Origin: the human T2T-CHM13v2.0 reference genome, Homo sapiens
Assembly (NCBI RefSeq): GCF_009914755.1
Contig: NC_060936.1
Direction: 5' to 3' (one strand)
Length of the DNA: 64,000 bases
In this document: one piece after another, positions 1 through 12,625 of the stretch
Numbering within the stretch: position 1 is the stretch's first letter
How the letters are laid out: the number at the start of each line of letters is the position of its first letter
Notes under the pieces: model-generated
Seen by the model: the letters and a program-made list of their open reading frames with translations, nothing else
What the model was told of the DNA's origin: nothing
Database searches by the model: none
Position numbers and translations under genes: made by a program

Positions 1-107
1 GGAGAATGGTGTGAACCTGGGAGTTGGAGCTTGCAGTGAGCCGAGATCGCGCCACTGCACTCCAGCCTGGACGACAGAGCAAGACTCCGTCTCAAAAAAA
101 AAAAAAA
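1..107 (+). mobile_element. Alu right-arm 3' end (AluY-like), cut by window start
   Basis: GGAGAATGGTGTGAACC...GAGCTTGCAGTGAGCCGAGATCGCGCCACTGCACTCCAGCCTGG...CTCCGTCTC followed by A tail. Confidence 0.95.
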
Positions 108-576
108 TGCCCAGCATATATTGCACACAGCCTAGCATACATTGGCTGTACAAGAAATCTTTGAGAGACAAAGGAGGAGAGAAACAAAGAATAAAGGACT
201 CAATATTAAGTTCTATACTTCCTTCCAAGCTGACAGTTTGGAACTGGATATTGTACTGTCACCATGCAACATATTAATGTTGCACTTTCAACTCAATATG
301 TTCCAAACTGAACTTACCATCTTATTTTCCAGACCTTACCTAGCTCACCACATTCCCCACCTTGCTGTTGTTGACTTCATGACATATTTGTATCTTGGCA
401 ACTTACCAGAGGTCTAATCTGGTGGTCCTAGACCCCGTGTGTCAGAAGGTCCATGAACTTCTAAAAATCACATAACATTTTTAAATGCACTTGTTCCTAT
501 GAATTGACTTGAGGAATTGGGTCCATGGATTTCATCAGACTGACCTAAGAGTGAGTCCTGTTTCTCTTTCTGAACT

Positions 577-1103
577 ATTATGGATGGAATTGTGTCCCTG
601 AAAAATTCCTAGGTCAGCGTCCTAATCCTCCAGCACCTCAGAATGTGAAGTTATTTGGTAATCAAGTTAAAATGAGGTCATGAGGGAGGGCCTGAATCCA
701 GTATGACCCATGTCATTATAAGAAGGAGAAATTTGGAGATGGACACACACATAGGACAACATCATGGGAAGATGAAGGCAGAGATTGGGGCAATACTTCT
801 ATTAGGTTGGTGCAGAAGTCATCGCAGTTTTTGCTCTCAAAAGTAATGGCAAAAATCACAATTATTTTCATTACTTTTACAGCAACTTAATATAAGCTAA
901 GGAATGCAAAAGATTGCCAGCAAATGACCAGAAGCTAGAGGGGAGGCATGGAACAGATCTTCTCTCACAGCCTCAGAAGGAACTAGCCCTACTGACAGCT
1001 CGATCTCAGACTTCTAGACTCCAGACTGGTGAGACAACATATTTCTGTTGTTTAAGCCACCCAGTTTGTGGCAATTTGTTACGGCAGACCAGCAAATGAA
1101 TAC
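577..1103 (+). mobile_element. ERVL-MaLR solo LTR (MLT1B/C-like), interrupted by MADE1
   Basis: MLT1-type 5' end (GAATTGTGTCCC...CCTCAGAATGTGA) and 3' end (TTTAAGCCACCCAGTTTGTGGCAATTTGTTACGGCAG...AATACA). Confidence 0.85.
802..890. mobile_element. MADE1 (Hsmar1-derived mariner MITE), full length
   Basis: TTAGGTTGGTGCAGAAGT...CAACTTAA terminal inverted repeats, flanked by TA on both sides; ~9-bp internal duplication. Confidence 0.9.
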
Positions 1104-1150
1104 AGGATCTCTACAAAATACACTCACCTTTCAGGCAGGCCAAGAGGATT

Positions 1151-1225
1151 GTTTACTGTCAGAGCTCCAAGCCCGGAACTTACTCACACACCAAAAAAGG
1201 GGCATGGAAGTGGGAGCAAGGATGG
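1151..1225 (+). repeat. Short local duplication, copy A (partner 1985-2058)
   Basis: Manual alignment gives about 8 differences in 75 bp. Confidence 0.9.
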
Positions 1226-1689
1226 AGTCACGATCCCAAAGTCCCGGAGCATCTTCTCCACACATTCATGAGAGTCAGGCACAGGTTTTTATCTCATGCC
1301 CACATTCAGGGGGCCATCATCCTGAGCCTGCACCCCCAGAGAAAGTGAGGCCCAGGAATTTGTGAGTTTGTTGTTGCTTGTGTTACCGAATATCCATGAA
1401 CTGCAAAATGGCACCATGACCTAATGAAGTATTAACCCTGCCTCATCACTGCACATCAACCATGAAAGCAGGCTCTTCTTGGCCAGGGCTGTTTCAAGGA
1501 GATTTAGGAATATATTTGAGGCTTCTGAAGGATAGTTGGAAATTAGGGGGTCTGCAAATGGACCTCCAAGAACTCAGGACAGGGGACATGGACCAGAAGC
1601 ACCCCCTGATCTGCCTGGGGTCTCCAACATACTGTTCTTCCCTCCCACCCCTTTCAAGGGCTATCCAACGTTGGAAAGAATAAAAACTC

Positions 1690-1834
1690 AGAGTCAATAG
1701 ATCTGGGTTTACATCACAGCTTTACTCATGAGACATGAGACAAATGACTTAGTCCTTCTGAGCCTCAGTTTTCTCCTCTGTAAAATGGGAATAATCATTG
1801 TAGATGCTTCACAGAGTTGTGAAAACATAATGGG

Positions 1835-1879
<45 letters not shown>

Positions 1880-1920
1880 GGAATGAAAATGCACCTGGCT
1901 CATAGTAGACACTTGTTAAC
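1690..1920 (+). mobile_element. MIR, interrupted by a (TATC)n microsatellite
   Basis: MIR core CTGAGCCTCAGTTTTCTCCTCTGTAAAATGGGAATAAT. Confidence 0.8.
1835..1878 (+). repeat. (TATC)11 tetranucleotide microsatellite
   Basis: Perfect TATC run, 44 bp. Confidence 0.97.
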
Positions 1921-1984
1921 TCGAAGCTGCTTTATTTTTGTTGTTGATTTCTTATTGTGATTTTTTGTGACATTAAAAGGCAAA

Positions 1985-2058
1985 GTTTACTTTCAGAGCT
2001 CCAAGCCCGAACTAACTCACCCACCAAAAAAGGGGCACGGAGGTGGGAGGGAGGATGG
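1985..2058 (+). repeat. Short local duplication, copy B (partner 1151-1225)
   Basis: GTTTACTTTCAGAGCTCCAAGCCCGAACTAACTCACCCACCAAAAAAGGGGCACGG. Confidence 0.9.
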
Positions 2059-2830
2059 GGGTAAAACTAATAGTTGTCAGCCTGATCCCATTGATCTCTT
2101 CGCTCTTCAGAAAGTGGGAAAGTAGGAGTAGGTAATTCAAATAATCACCATTTATTGCCTGCTCTGGGTTAAACATGTTATATGTATCATCCCAATATTT
2201 CTAGCAACAGCCCCCTGGAGTAGGTACTATTGGCCTTATTGAGGAAACAGAGGGTCAGAGAAGGTAAAAACCTTGCTTGTGTTCCACAGTTGCTGGGAAG
2301 TGGCAAATCTAGGATTTGAGCCTTGTTCACAGGACACCAAATGCCATGTTTTTTCCATGACACCACACCCAGAACCCCTGTTTCTCATGCACCTTAGTCT
2401 TGTATAATTTCTGGGGGTGAAAGGTCAGGGGTCCTGGTGCCCTAATCCAGTTCTTGGTCTGTTTTTCCCATGAGGTCTTTTGATCCCCTTGTGTGTCCAC
2501 CCAGTCCCAGCTCCAGTTGCTGGGAGGTCAGCGTCCCCCTACTACCTGCGGACTCCAGAGGCCAGGAGCTGTGTGGGCTGTGCCTGTAAAGCAGTTTGAT
2601 GATGTGCTAAGTGTCACTGCTTAATGAGCTGCAGGACCAAACACTCAAGGTAGGGGCCAGGGAGGCCGGCGCAGCCCCCAGACACATGCTCCTGCCCAAG
2701 TTCAATCGTAAACGTCACAACCAAGGGTGGGTCTGGAGCCACAGGCTCCAAGATCCCCAACTTCCGTTGCCCCATTGGCCTTGGACTAATCCACTCTCCA
2801 CTCAACAGCTCACCCCGATTTCCTCCTCCA

Positions 2831-2849
2831 CCCTCCCACCCTCCAACCC
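2831..2849 (-). other. Canonical G-quadruplex motif
   Basis: Minus strand GGG-TTGGA-GGG-T-GGG-A-GGG, loops 5/1/1. Confidence 0.6.
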
Positions 2850-3249
2850 ATCCTCGGGGCCGTCGCCATGGGAGGTCTCCTCTCACAACAGGGCAAAGCA
2901 ATTAAGGCCAGACGGGGCAAATTAAACCAGAAAGAATGAATTTCCTCCAGTGCCAGAGAAATATTTGGGGCCTTACTTCCAAGGAGGTACTAGTAGGAGA
3001 GATGGATGGCAGTTGAGTGGTGAAGATGAAGACTGATGGAACAGCATCAAGGAACAGGAAAGAGAAAAGAGATATGGGTATCCAAGAAGTGCATGGCTTC
3101 CTCAGGGCTGCCTCTGGACAAAGGTTAAAGTGGAAAGAGCAAAGAAAGGGAGAATGGCAGAACCAATCACTGGTTCATTCACTTATATGTCAAACATTGA
3201 CCTGGGTGTTTGGAATACGAAAGAAAACTGGAGATCACGGTGAATTGAT

Positions 3250-3715
3250 TAGGAGCCAGGGCTTTGAACTGGCTGTTTCCATCATTCATTAGTGGGGTAA
3301 ACCTGGGCAAGGGACCCGACTTCCCTGAATCTCAGTTTCCTCATCTGTAAAATGGGAATTAAATGCATGTGTTGTGCCAGGGCTCTGGGGGAAGATTAAT
3401 ATAATTTCCATAAAATGAACATTGCTTTGCACAGATGTTCCAGAAAATTAATACATCATATATAGGCTCCTCTATATGTGTCTGCTGAATGAATAATTAT
3501 AGTTTGTGCTTATTAGCATTTTATACATATTAACTTCCTCAAATATTTGAGGAAGTCATTGTTACTATCTCCCTTTCTTTTGAAACGAGAAACTGAGGCA
3601 ACTAGGGGTTAAGTTACCCTCCAAATTCACACAGCTATTAAGTGGTCCAGGTGGGACTTGAACTCAGGGAGTTTAGCTCCAGAAACTGTGTACCTAAAGG
3701 CCAAACTACACTGTC
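3250..3715. mobile_element. Two MIR fragments in opposite orientation
   Basis: CTCAGTTTCCTCATCTGTAAAATGGG near 3330 (+) and GAAACTGAGGCA near 3590 (-). Confidence 0.75.
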
Positions 3716-4649
3716 TTCTGGTAATGCAGGGAAAGAAAAAAAGAAAGTAATTATATGTTTAATAAGTGGGGATTGGGTCAGAAAGTCCTTGGAGATCTCT
3801 TAAAAGAATTCAACTCAGTAGCTTTCCCTGCCCTTGGCTGGGAATGGACACACACACTCAAGCACACAAACACACCCTTGTGTGTGCATGTATTGGCCTC
3901 TGCTGACCTCCAGCTGCTACCCTCTGTGTGCCCTGCAGCAGTGGCTGCTTCCTGGGAAGGGGTGGATGGAGTTGCTATGTGGATGCCTAAAGCCAAGTCG
4001 GCTGACCCTGTAACCCCACCTCCATCCCACACTGCCCTCCTCCTCCCTACTTCCCCCCTTCCTTCCCTCCCTCCAGGGCTCAGTACAAACATGGTATCCA
4101 ATTTGTTACCTACACAGGAAGGTCAGGGCCCTGCTGACTTCTGCTCTTTTCTCAGCATGGGTCACTTGGCTATAACTTGCTTGTTTTCCTCTCTGTTCTT
4201 TGGAAGAGTGAATGGGAAATGGGGAGGGAACTGGGAACAGACGGTGACCTCTGACTATAAGAAATTTTTATGCTTTTCTGGAGTCCTAAATAGATCTGAA
4301 AATTGTCTAGACAGGGCTATGGTGGGAATACTTTGATGGAGAACTTGAGGTTCACCATAGACTGCAGGACAGACAAATTGCATCTTCTATGATAATGGAG
4401 TTTGACAGACAAAGCACTATGTGATATTGTGTATGTGTATGTGTTCAAACATGTGTGTGCTTATATGAGCACTTTTCTGCCCATAGATGTCATCAGAATT
4501 TCAAATGGATTTGAGTTCCCATAGGATTAAGATCCACTGGCCTAAAATCAGGGGGAATTGATGGGAGAATTTCTGTATTGACCTGTGAAATTGAGCACCA
4601 AAGAAACAATGCCGTGGACTCGCAGAGTGCAGCTATCACACCATTTGGT

Positions 4650-5416
4650 CCAGGAAACCCAATTCAAATGTCTACGGTGACAAAAGGTGAATTTCAATGA
4701 GTGAGTTCAGCCAAGTGTAAGAAAAATCTTAGTGTTCAGGAGACAATATGGAGTAAGTGACAATGTAGTAGGTCAGATAGTGGAGAGCAATGCATATCCC
4801 AGATGAGGATCCATAGCTCAGCTGCATCCATTGTTGCCGTAGTGGAATCTTGACCCAACTTTGCTGAATCTTTCAGGATTTTTGAGTAAAGTCAGTATAT
4901 TGTTTTGTTCTTACACAGCTATAATGAAATACCTGAAACTGGGTAATTTATAAAGAAAAGAGGTTTAACTGGGTCACAGTTCCACACGCTGTACAGGAAC
5001 CATGGCTGGGGAGGTCTCAGGAAACTTACAATCATGGCAGAAGGTTAAGGGGGAAGCAGGCATGTCTTCACATGGCCAGAGCAGGAGAAAGAGAGAGCAA
5101 AGGGGTAGGTGCTACACACTTTTAAACAACCATATCTTGTGAGAACTCACTCACTATCATGAGAACAGCAAGGAGGAAATCCACCCCCATGATCCGATAA
5201 CTTCCCACCAGGCCACTTCTCCAAAACTGGGGATTACAATTCGACATGAGATTTGGGTAGGGACAGAAATCCAAACCATATCAGTCAGAAATCCAGATTT
5301 CTATCTGAAACATTCTAACTTTTAAATGTTGGTTCAAAACTAGAATACTGGGCAAGCCAAACAAAATAAATACATAGGCCAGATCTAGTCTGCGGGCCTC
5401 TAGTTGTTGGCCTCTG
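4650..5416 (-). mobile_element. hAT-Charlie fossil (MER102-like), split by an MST LTR
   Basis: Reverse complement of CAGAGGCCAACAACTAGAGGCCCGCAG...AACATTTAAAA...GGATTTC; sequence is continuous across the LTR. Confidence 0.7.
4896..5283 (-). mobile_element. MSTA/MSTB solo LTR
   Basis: CTGGGTAATTTATAAAGAAAAGAGGTTTAA...CCAAACCATATCA; 5-bp TSD GTCAG at 4891-4895 and 5284-5288. Confidence 0.9.
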
Positions 5417-5750
5417 AAAGTTTGTCTCTATCATTTTCTAGTTAGAGAAATTCCAAACCAGAAAAGGAAAGTGGTCTCTCTCCTTAAGGTCACGTAGAGA
5501 AAGTGTATGACAGAACCAGGACTCAAAATTCAGGTCTTCTAAGGCACAATGCTTCTGTCTCCTACCCTACTGGGCTGCTTAGGGAATAGCTCCTCACTTT
5601 CATGCTCTGCTGTTTCACCTCTCCAAGGAAGACCAGCAGTTATTCAGGCCTAGGTTATAGACATAGCTACTTCTTACTTATCCATCATGGGATCTATGGG
5701 AGGTTTATTGCCGTGATGTCCCCAACTCTTCTCCCATTTAGAGCAAAGGC

Positions 5751-6043
5751 TTTTTTTTTTTTTGAGATGAAATCTCATTCTGTTGCCAAAGTTGGAGTAT
5801 AGTGGCACGATCTCGGCTCACTGCAACCTTCACCTCCCGGGTTCAAGCAATTCTCTTGCCTCAGTCTCTGAGTAGCTGGGATTACAGGCACCCGCTACCA
5901 CGCCTGGCTAATTTTTGTGTTTTTAGTAGAGACAGGGTTTCACCATGTTGGCCAGGCTGGTCTTGAACTCCTGACCTAAGGTGATCCACCAACCTCGGCC
6001 TTCCAAAGTGCTGGGATTACAGGCATGAGCCACCACACCCACC
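5751..6043 (-). mobile_element. AluS
   Basis: Full dimer, poly-T at left, degenerate TSD AGAGCAAAGG/AGTGCAAAGG. Confidence 0.95.
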
Positions 6044-6387
6044 CAGTGCAAAGGATTTTTTACCCCACACCTTGATTCTGAGTTTGGCCATGTAACTTGC
6101 TTGGCCCTTGGAGAGGTGATACAAACCAGGGCTTAAAAAACACTAACAGATTTCCGCTTACTCTGCTCACTCTTGAATCCCTGCCATCCACTCACGAACT
6201 GACATGGACCAGCCTATGCAAAGCATGTGAGAAACTCATGTCTCAACCAAGTCCATTCTAAATCAGCCAATCCCCAGCTAACTCCCCCAGCTGACCATAG
6301 GCACAAAAATAAGCCCTGCCTAAATCAACTGAGCTCAGCCAAGATAAACACAACCATCCAGCCTTCTCCTAGACTCATGAGACATTA

Positions 6388-6433
6388 TTAGGTTGATGCA
6401 AAAGCAAATGAGGTTTTTGCAATTACTTTTAAT
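6388..6433. mobile_element. MADE1 half element
   Basis: TTAGGTTGATGCAAAAGCAAATGAGGTTTTTGCAATTACTTTTAAT. Confidence 0.75.
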
Positions 6434-6974
6434 AATACATGTTTATCACTTTAAGTCACTAAGTTTTGGGGTTGTATGTTACATAGCAACAGCTAAGTGA
6501 TACCAGTAGAAGGGGCGAGGATTATTCACTTCATGAATAAATGATTTGGAATATTGAATCCACCCTTCCTCGTCCTCAGTCTTTGATTTTAGTCTCCTAC
6601 CTTTACTTAATAAACCTCAAATAATGAACACTTATTTGAACATGGTCGGATTATCTTCTGTGTCTCAGGCACTGTACTTGTTGTTCTCCTGACTGTTATG
6701 TTAGTACATAAAAAATGTAATTACATGATAGTTTTAAGAGGCAGGACAAAAACAAATAGAAAAGAAAATGTGTAGCCATCCAGGTAGGGAGGCTTCTTAT
6801 AAAGAGCCCTCGAGTCATGCGAATCTGGTTTGGAATTCTATTCCCATTGCTTCTTTGATTTATGATCTTAAAGAAATGACCTACCTCACTAACTAACCTC
6901 AGTTTCCTTACTTAAAAAGTGAGAATGATAATGCCTATATTATTATGAGGAATAAATCAGGAAATGGTATCTGA

Positions 6975-7450
6975 TGGGAATTCATTCATTTGCAAGAAAA
7001 AGTTAATTGGACAGTGACTAACGCCATTAAGACATTCAATTATCTCACACAACAAGGAATCTGGAGGCCAACACCTGCTGGGATGGGTTTATGGCAGAAC
7101 GATATCAGAGGAAAGTCTCTAAGATACTCTTAGCCTTTACCTCATGGTTGTAAAGTACCTGCTTCAGCTCCAGAAATGATGGCCACCTTCCAGGTATAGG
7201 ATGGGAGAAATGTCAGATTTTTTTTTTTTTTTAGGAAAATAAAGTCTTTCCTGGAAGCTCTCAGTAGCTTTCACTGATGTCTCATTGGCCATGATGTGGC
7301 TCAGGTCACATCATGACAATTCATGATAACTTATGGCTGCAAGAGAAGCTCATAAAGGAGGAATTTGACATTGCACCCTCTAGAATTGCAGGCATGGGAA
7401 AGAGGAGAGGTAGGGAATGGGAGCTGTGTTAGCCAAACACTGGCATTCTC
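6975..7450 (-). mobile_element. Old MLT1 (J/K/L-like) LTR
   Basis: Degenerate MaLR motifs (TCTCATTGGCCA...GGTCACATCATG...GGCTGCAAGAGAAGCT). Confidence 0.55.
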
Positions 7451-7515
7451 TGCAGAGTGTCAAGGGGTACTTAGCTTGGAATAGGTGCTCAGGAGCTAAT
7501 AATTCCTCCTCATAA

Positions 7516-7821
<306 letters not shown>

Positions 7822-8774
7822 CACTTTTTAGAAGTTGAAACTTGCTAATGGCTTTAAAGGAGAGGAAGATTTGTTTTTTTCTGCTTTATGTCTTCAGGTA
7901 GATTAGGTTTCAGAGTATTTTCCCAATTATAGGAGAACCAGACTGGAGCGCTCTCTGGGTTCACAATTTCTTTCCATGGCTGTGTATACGCTTCATGCAT
8001 CCCTTCTCCTGACTCCCAACTTTGGGGACTCTGTGTCTCCTTCACCCTAACCCTGTAACCCTGTAAGCCTAGTGGGGCTGCCCATGTTGTCACTCCACCA
8101 CTCCTGCCAGGCTTTTCATGGTCCTTTACTAGATTAGGTATGCAACTTTGGTTATGGATCACTTGATAAACATGGTAAGATGCAGATTCCCAGGCCAAAC
8201 CACTAAAAATTCTGAATCAGTATGGTAAACTTGGAGAGGAGCTGGAATATATGCACATGTAATTCACATCCAAGATGGTCTTTGAGAAACACTTTGGGAA
8301 ACATGGTCCTAGGATCTTGAAGCTAATGGTGCATGAGCCTAGAGCACCTATGGCCACTAGGCCACTTTCTCATTGCCTGGAGAAAGTCAGAGTTCAGGAA
8401 GACACAAGAAGGCAGCATGCAGAGAGAAGCAGAGTGAAGAAGTAAAGGAAAAAAGAGAATAGAATTTGAGTTCCTAGACACAGTGGTCTGTGAGGACAGC
8501 TCCACCCCTTTTCTTCCTGAGGCTTTAGTTGTATAAATCAGAGTGTTCTTTATTTCTTTCTAAATCTTGAACTTCTGTGACTTAAGAGGGCTACTCCGTA
8601 GATATGGGGAAGTACTGGTATACCGGCAGGTATAACTGGTTTATTTGCAACATAAATCTTTCCGAAAATATAATCCATAATATTCTGTAAGTAGACCAAG
8701 TATACTTAATAATACCAAGTATATCATCAAGTATATATTAAGTATATAACTTAGTAATACCAAGTATATCAAGC

Positions 8775-9180
8775 ACAGTGGCTGGGTTATGCTGCAGTAA
8801 GAACCACCCTCCAAATCTCAGTGGCTTAACATGAGTTTCTTTCTTTCTCCTTTCTCATACTACATACACTACGCATATAGGCCGGAGGATTTCTGCTCCA
8901 TGAAGTCTCTCAGAGATCCAGGCTGATACAGAGTTCATCTTAACAAGTGCTTTCGTAGTCACCACAGCAGTGGGAAATGAACATGGAAATCATTGATCAT
9001 GGCTCTTAAAGTTTCTGTTCCAAAGTGACACAGGTACCTTCTGTTCATATTTCATTGGCCAAAGCAAAGCACACAGGTATGCCTATCCTCAAAAGAGGAC
9101 AAGAAGTACAATTCTTCTAGGTGCCTGAAAAGAAAAGAATTAGAAATATTAGATTAGTGCCACTATTGCCTACTGCACCA
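8775..9180 (-). mobile_element. Old MLT1 LTR
   Basis: GGTTATGCTGCAGTAAGAACCACCCTCCAAATCTCAGTGGCTTAAC...CATATTTCATTGGCCAAAGCAA. Confidence 0.7.
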
Positions 9181-9804
9181 GAGGAACTCAGTGATTTAAG
9201 ATAGTTTTAACAAAGGATGAATAAAAATATGAGCTAGAATATATGACAGCCTGGGGTGGACCAGGCATTTTGCCTACATTATATTACTTAATAGGTACCC
9301 AGCAAGACAGATATGGCTACCCCCAATTCACAGAGGGGAAAACTGAGGATTAGAAAGTTTAGACAAGTGACCAAGTATACTCAGCCAATAAGTGATGGCT
9401 TTAGCTTTGAATCTGGCTTACTCTTTCCCCCAAACCCATACTTTTAACCACCATGATTTTATCATTTATTCAACACTTTCTTTCGGAAAACCCACATATT
9501 TTCAAAATGCCAGCATTAAGGAAGACATAAAGGTGACTCTTGAGGAGTTCACTGTCTGGCCACTAAAATATTCATGATCTGTCTTACATGGGGTGAGAAT
9601 TAAAGCAGGGGAATCAGCAATAAAATCAGAGAGCCAGTATTAACACAATACATGATTTAGCTTTCTCAGAGATTAAATCTGGTGCTCAGCAGCTTATCAA
9701 CTTTCTCTAGTGAGAGCCTGGTATAATCTCACTGTGAAAAAAAGGCTTCTGCTATCCAAACCCTCCCTGAAATGTTTCTTGATAATTTTAAAAGCCATGT
9801 TTTA

Positions 9805-10226
9805 AATAATATATATTATTATACAGCAAATATTCACTCCCTCCCTTTACTAATGTGGGCAGAGATTTTCTGCATGCTGCTAAGTTTGGGCTTGGTCATA
9901 TGACTTGCTTTGGTCAGTGCAATGTTAGAGGGCATGATGTATGCATGAGTTCTTAAACATGCTTGCATGTTTTGGTTCAGGTTTTGAGCTTTCTTAATCC
10001 ATGTTGAGAAAGACATGACTTAGGTAGTCACTGCCCTTTTATCTAGGACTCCAGAATAAACACACGTGCAGCGTATGTGGAGTCATGGAGCCAAGCCAGG
10101 CCCACGTCAGCTGAGCCGCAGTTGATTGCAGACCCATGAATGTGAGAATAAATGCTTGTAGCTATTAGTCACTGGATTTGTGGGATGGTTTGTTATGCAG
10201 CATTACTACAATAGCCGACTAATACA
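9805..10226 (+). mobile_element. Old MLT1 LTR
   Basis: GGGCTTGGTCATATGACTTGCTTTGGTCA...AATAAATGCTT...TTTGTTATGCAGCATT...GACTAATACA. Confidence 0.75.
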
Positions 10227-12037
10227 CCATTTATCCTGCACGCTGGTGGGAGATGAAAGTTGAACCCAAGAACATTTCATGGGTCATTTATTTAGGACTG
10301 TTTAATCTGGAGAGGTGGAGTGGATCTCCAGATACTTCAAGGGGCCTGATGGTCTCTTGGCATAAGGAAGGGCACAAGACTGGCGATTAGGAACACTTGA
10401 ATTCTAATCTCAATTTTGACTCACACACGCTGTTTGAAGATGGATATAAGTTATTCGCCTTTCTTGTTTTTATTGTTTTATTTTCTGTATAAGGGCTGGT
10501 CTAGATTGTAATGGCAAATAGGTCTAAATGACCACCAAGATTAATTAGTGATGGTTGTCTGAAGTCCTCACAAATTTGGAGGATGGATCTAGGCAAGGGA
10601 TAAAAGTTCTGGAATTGATTATTGATGTCTGCCATGGGCACAGATTTTATTTTATTTTTTTCATTTCTTGCCCACTCTATATATCTGGGACCATAAGAGT
10701 ATAAGAAGCCAGCCAGTTGACCTTGTGCCCTGACAAAGATTGAGTCAGAGAGAAATTGGATCTCCTGTGAAAGAACAGGAAAGAACAGGAGGGACTGGAG
10801 TTCACAGACTATGTGAGGTTAGGGTGACTCTTTTGTAAAATTCTTTGCATTTCCACAGCAGAGTGTCTGTGGAGAGTTGCAGCTGTGAGAGTGAAGTTGG
10901 CAGGCTGCTTGGAGCACACACCCCTTTGCCCATCAAATTGTGGGGAATCTAAGCTGACAAATTCTAGGGCTTTAAGTATTAAAGCTGATAAGGAGCGTTC
11001 AAAGGGGCTGAGGGGGAGCTGGCAGCTTTGGCTCCTTTGAGGGCAGGTGCAAGTCCTCATGAGGGGGTGATGGGTACCATTTGGTCAATGAAACAAAATG
11101 GCCAAACCTGTGGCCAATCAGAGTTGAGTAAGAATCAAAGTGGAGGCATCCAGCCTTCCATTTGTCCATGCATTTTTCATTGAGGAATTTAATTGGCTGG
11201 CCCCAGGTGCTAGTTTTGAAAGTATGCCCTCTTCTTTAAAAATATGCTTACACCTGGCGTCAGGGCTCTTTCTACAGGCTTTGGATTAACCACTGAGCAT
11301 CATATTTTAAAGCAGCTTAGAGAACATAGATTCAAAGATTAGTCTGCACACAGGGCGGCTGTTGGAAAAAGCAAGGGCATCTTCTTGCATGGGTGAAAAA
11401 AGAAAATCAGCCAGAAATTTGCACAAAGAAAAAATGTGTTGGTCTTATTCCCTCAGGGTCCAGTTCAGCCACCTGTTTGTTCACTGTCCTTGCTTGTCTG
11501 GCCACAGTGAGGTCGGCCAGGTCAGAGGCCTATCACCAGGCAGGGATCCAGTCTGCCTTGTTTTCTCTTGCTTGTCTGGATCCTAGCATGATGTCTGGCA
11601 CATGCAAGGACCTCCATAATCATTTTCTGAAGGAATGAATGCCTGCCAGGACAGATGTGTCCACGATTCAAGCATGCATGGGAATAGCGTTAAGCAGAGG
11701 GGGAGAAATGAAAAGTCCATTTTATGCAAACTTGGGGTTGAGACTTGGCTGTCAGTTTGATAAGCATTACAGTTAAAGTTTTCTAAGCACTTATTGTGCA
11801 TCAGACACTGTTCTAAACCCTCCACATGGATGATCTCCTTTAATGCTCATGTCAAAGCATGGGAGTTAGATACTATTGTGATCTACCCTTAGATATCCAT
11901 ACCTAGCAACATGCTGAGACACTGGAAGTTAAGTAGCATGCCCAAGATCACATAGCTCATAAGTGATCGGGCCAGGATCTGAACCCAGGAAATCAGATTT
12001 TATAACCCCCATTCATAGGCCCTGTATTATGTATTTA

Positions 12038-12200
12038 GAGCAGTGGTTCCCAGTCACCTGGAGGGCCAATTAGAACACAGATTGCTGGTCCCTCCCACCC
12101 CTCCAGAGTTTCTGACTTTGTTCTTCTGAAGTGGGAGAATTTGCATTTCTTACAAGCTCCCTGGTGATGTTGATGCTGCCGTTTCAGGGATCACAATTTA
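12038..12200. mobile_element. MER5A-type hAT MITE
   Basis: GCAGTGGTTCCCAGTCACCTGGAGGG...AATTTGCATTTCTTACAAGCTCCCTGGTGATGTTGATGCTGC. Confidence 0.8.
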
Positions 12201-12209
12201 GGAAATATC

Positions 12210-12625
12210 ATTTAGGGGTAATACCAAATGTTGGTGACTTAACACCATTTCAGTTTACTTGTCGCTCACATAAAAAATGTGAACGTTTCTAGTTGGTGAG
12301 TAGTATTCCTTCATGTAGTGATTTTAGAATCCAGATTTCCCCTATCGTGTGGTTTCACCTTTCCCTAGGTTCCGATAATCACCGGCATTCAGCTGGCATG
12401 AAGTGAAACCATAGCAAGATGAAGGCTTCTTAAAAAATTTGGTCTGAAAGTGTCATACACGGCATCTGCTCACATTTCATTGGCAAGAATTAGTCCCATG
12501 ACTGTACCACTAAGAAAGGGTAGCTGGGAAATGTAGTCCTTGTGTGGATAGTGGCTTCTGAATCCCAACTTTAAACTACCATAGAGGGAGCAAGAATTCT
12601 GGTACATAGCAAGCGAACTCTGCCA
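12210..12625 (-). mobile_element. Old MLT1 LTR
   Basis: CTGCTCACATTTCATTGGCAAGAATTAGTCCCATG...GCTGGGAAATGTAGTC. Confidence 0.65.

Larger units (their letters stand above)
5692..6505 (+). mobile_element. Old MLT1-type LTR containing an Alu and a partial MADE1
   Basis: TTTGGCCATGTAACTTGCTTGGCC and 3' end TTTAAGTCACTAAGTTTTGGGGTTGTATGTTACATAGCA...TGATAC. Confidence 0.7.

Noticed and set aside
1835-1878. Identification of the (TATC)11 repeat as a named forensic STR, and hence the locus
   Set aside because: The flanks do not match any marker I can reliably recall, so the chromosome and host gene are left unassigned.
2545-2790. Minus-strand frame RLNLGRSMCLGAAPAS...WSC resembling a mannose-receptor ricin-type domain
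   Set aside because: Only a few residues match, in-frame stops flank it, and no other exons of such a gene are visible.
3755-4336. Longest ORF (193 aa)
   Set aside because: Runs through CA-rich and C-rich low-complexity sequence; no domain motif or exon-like boundaries.
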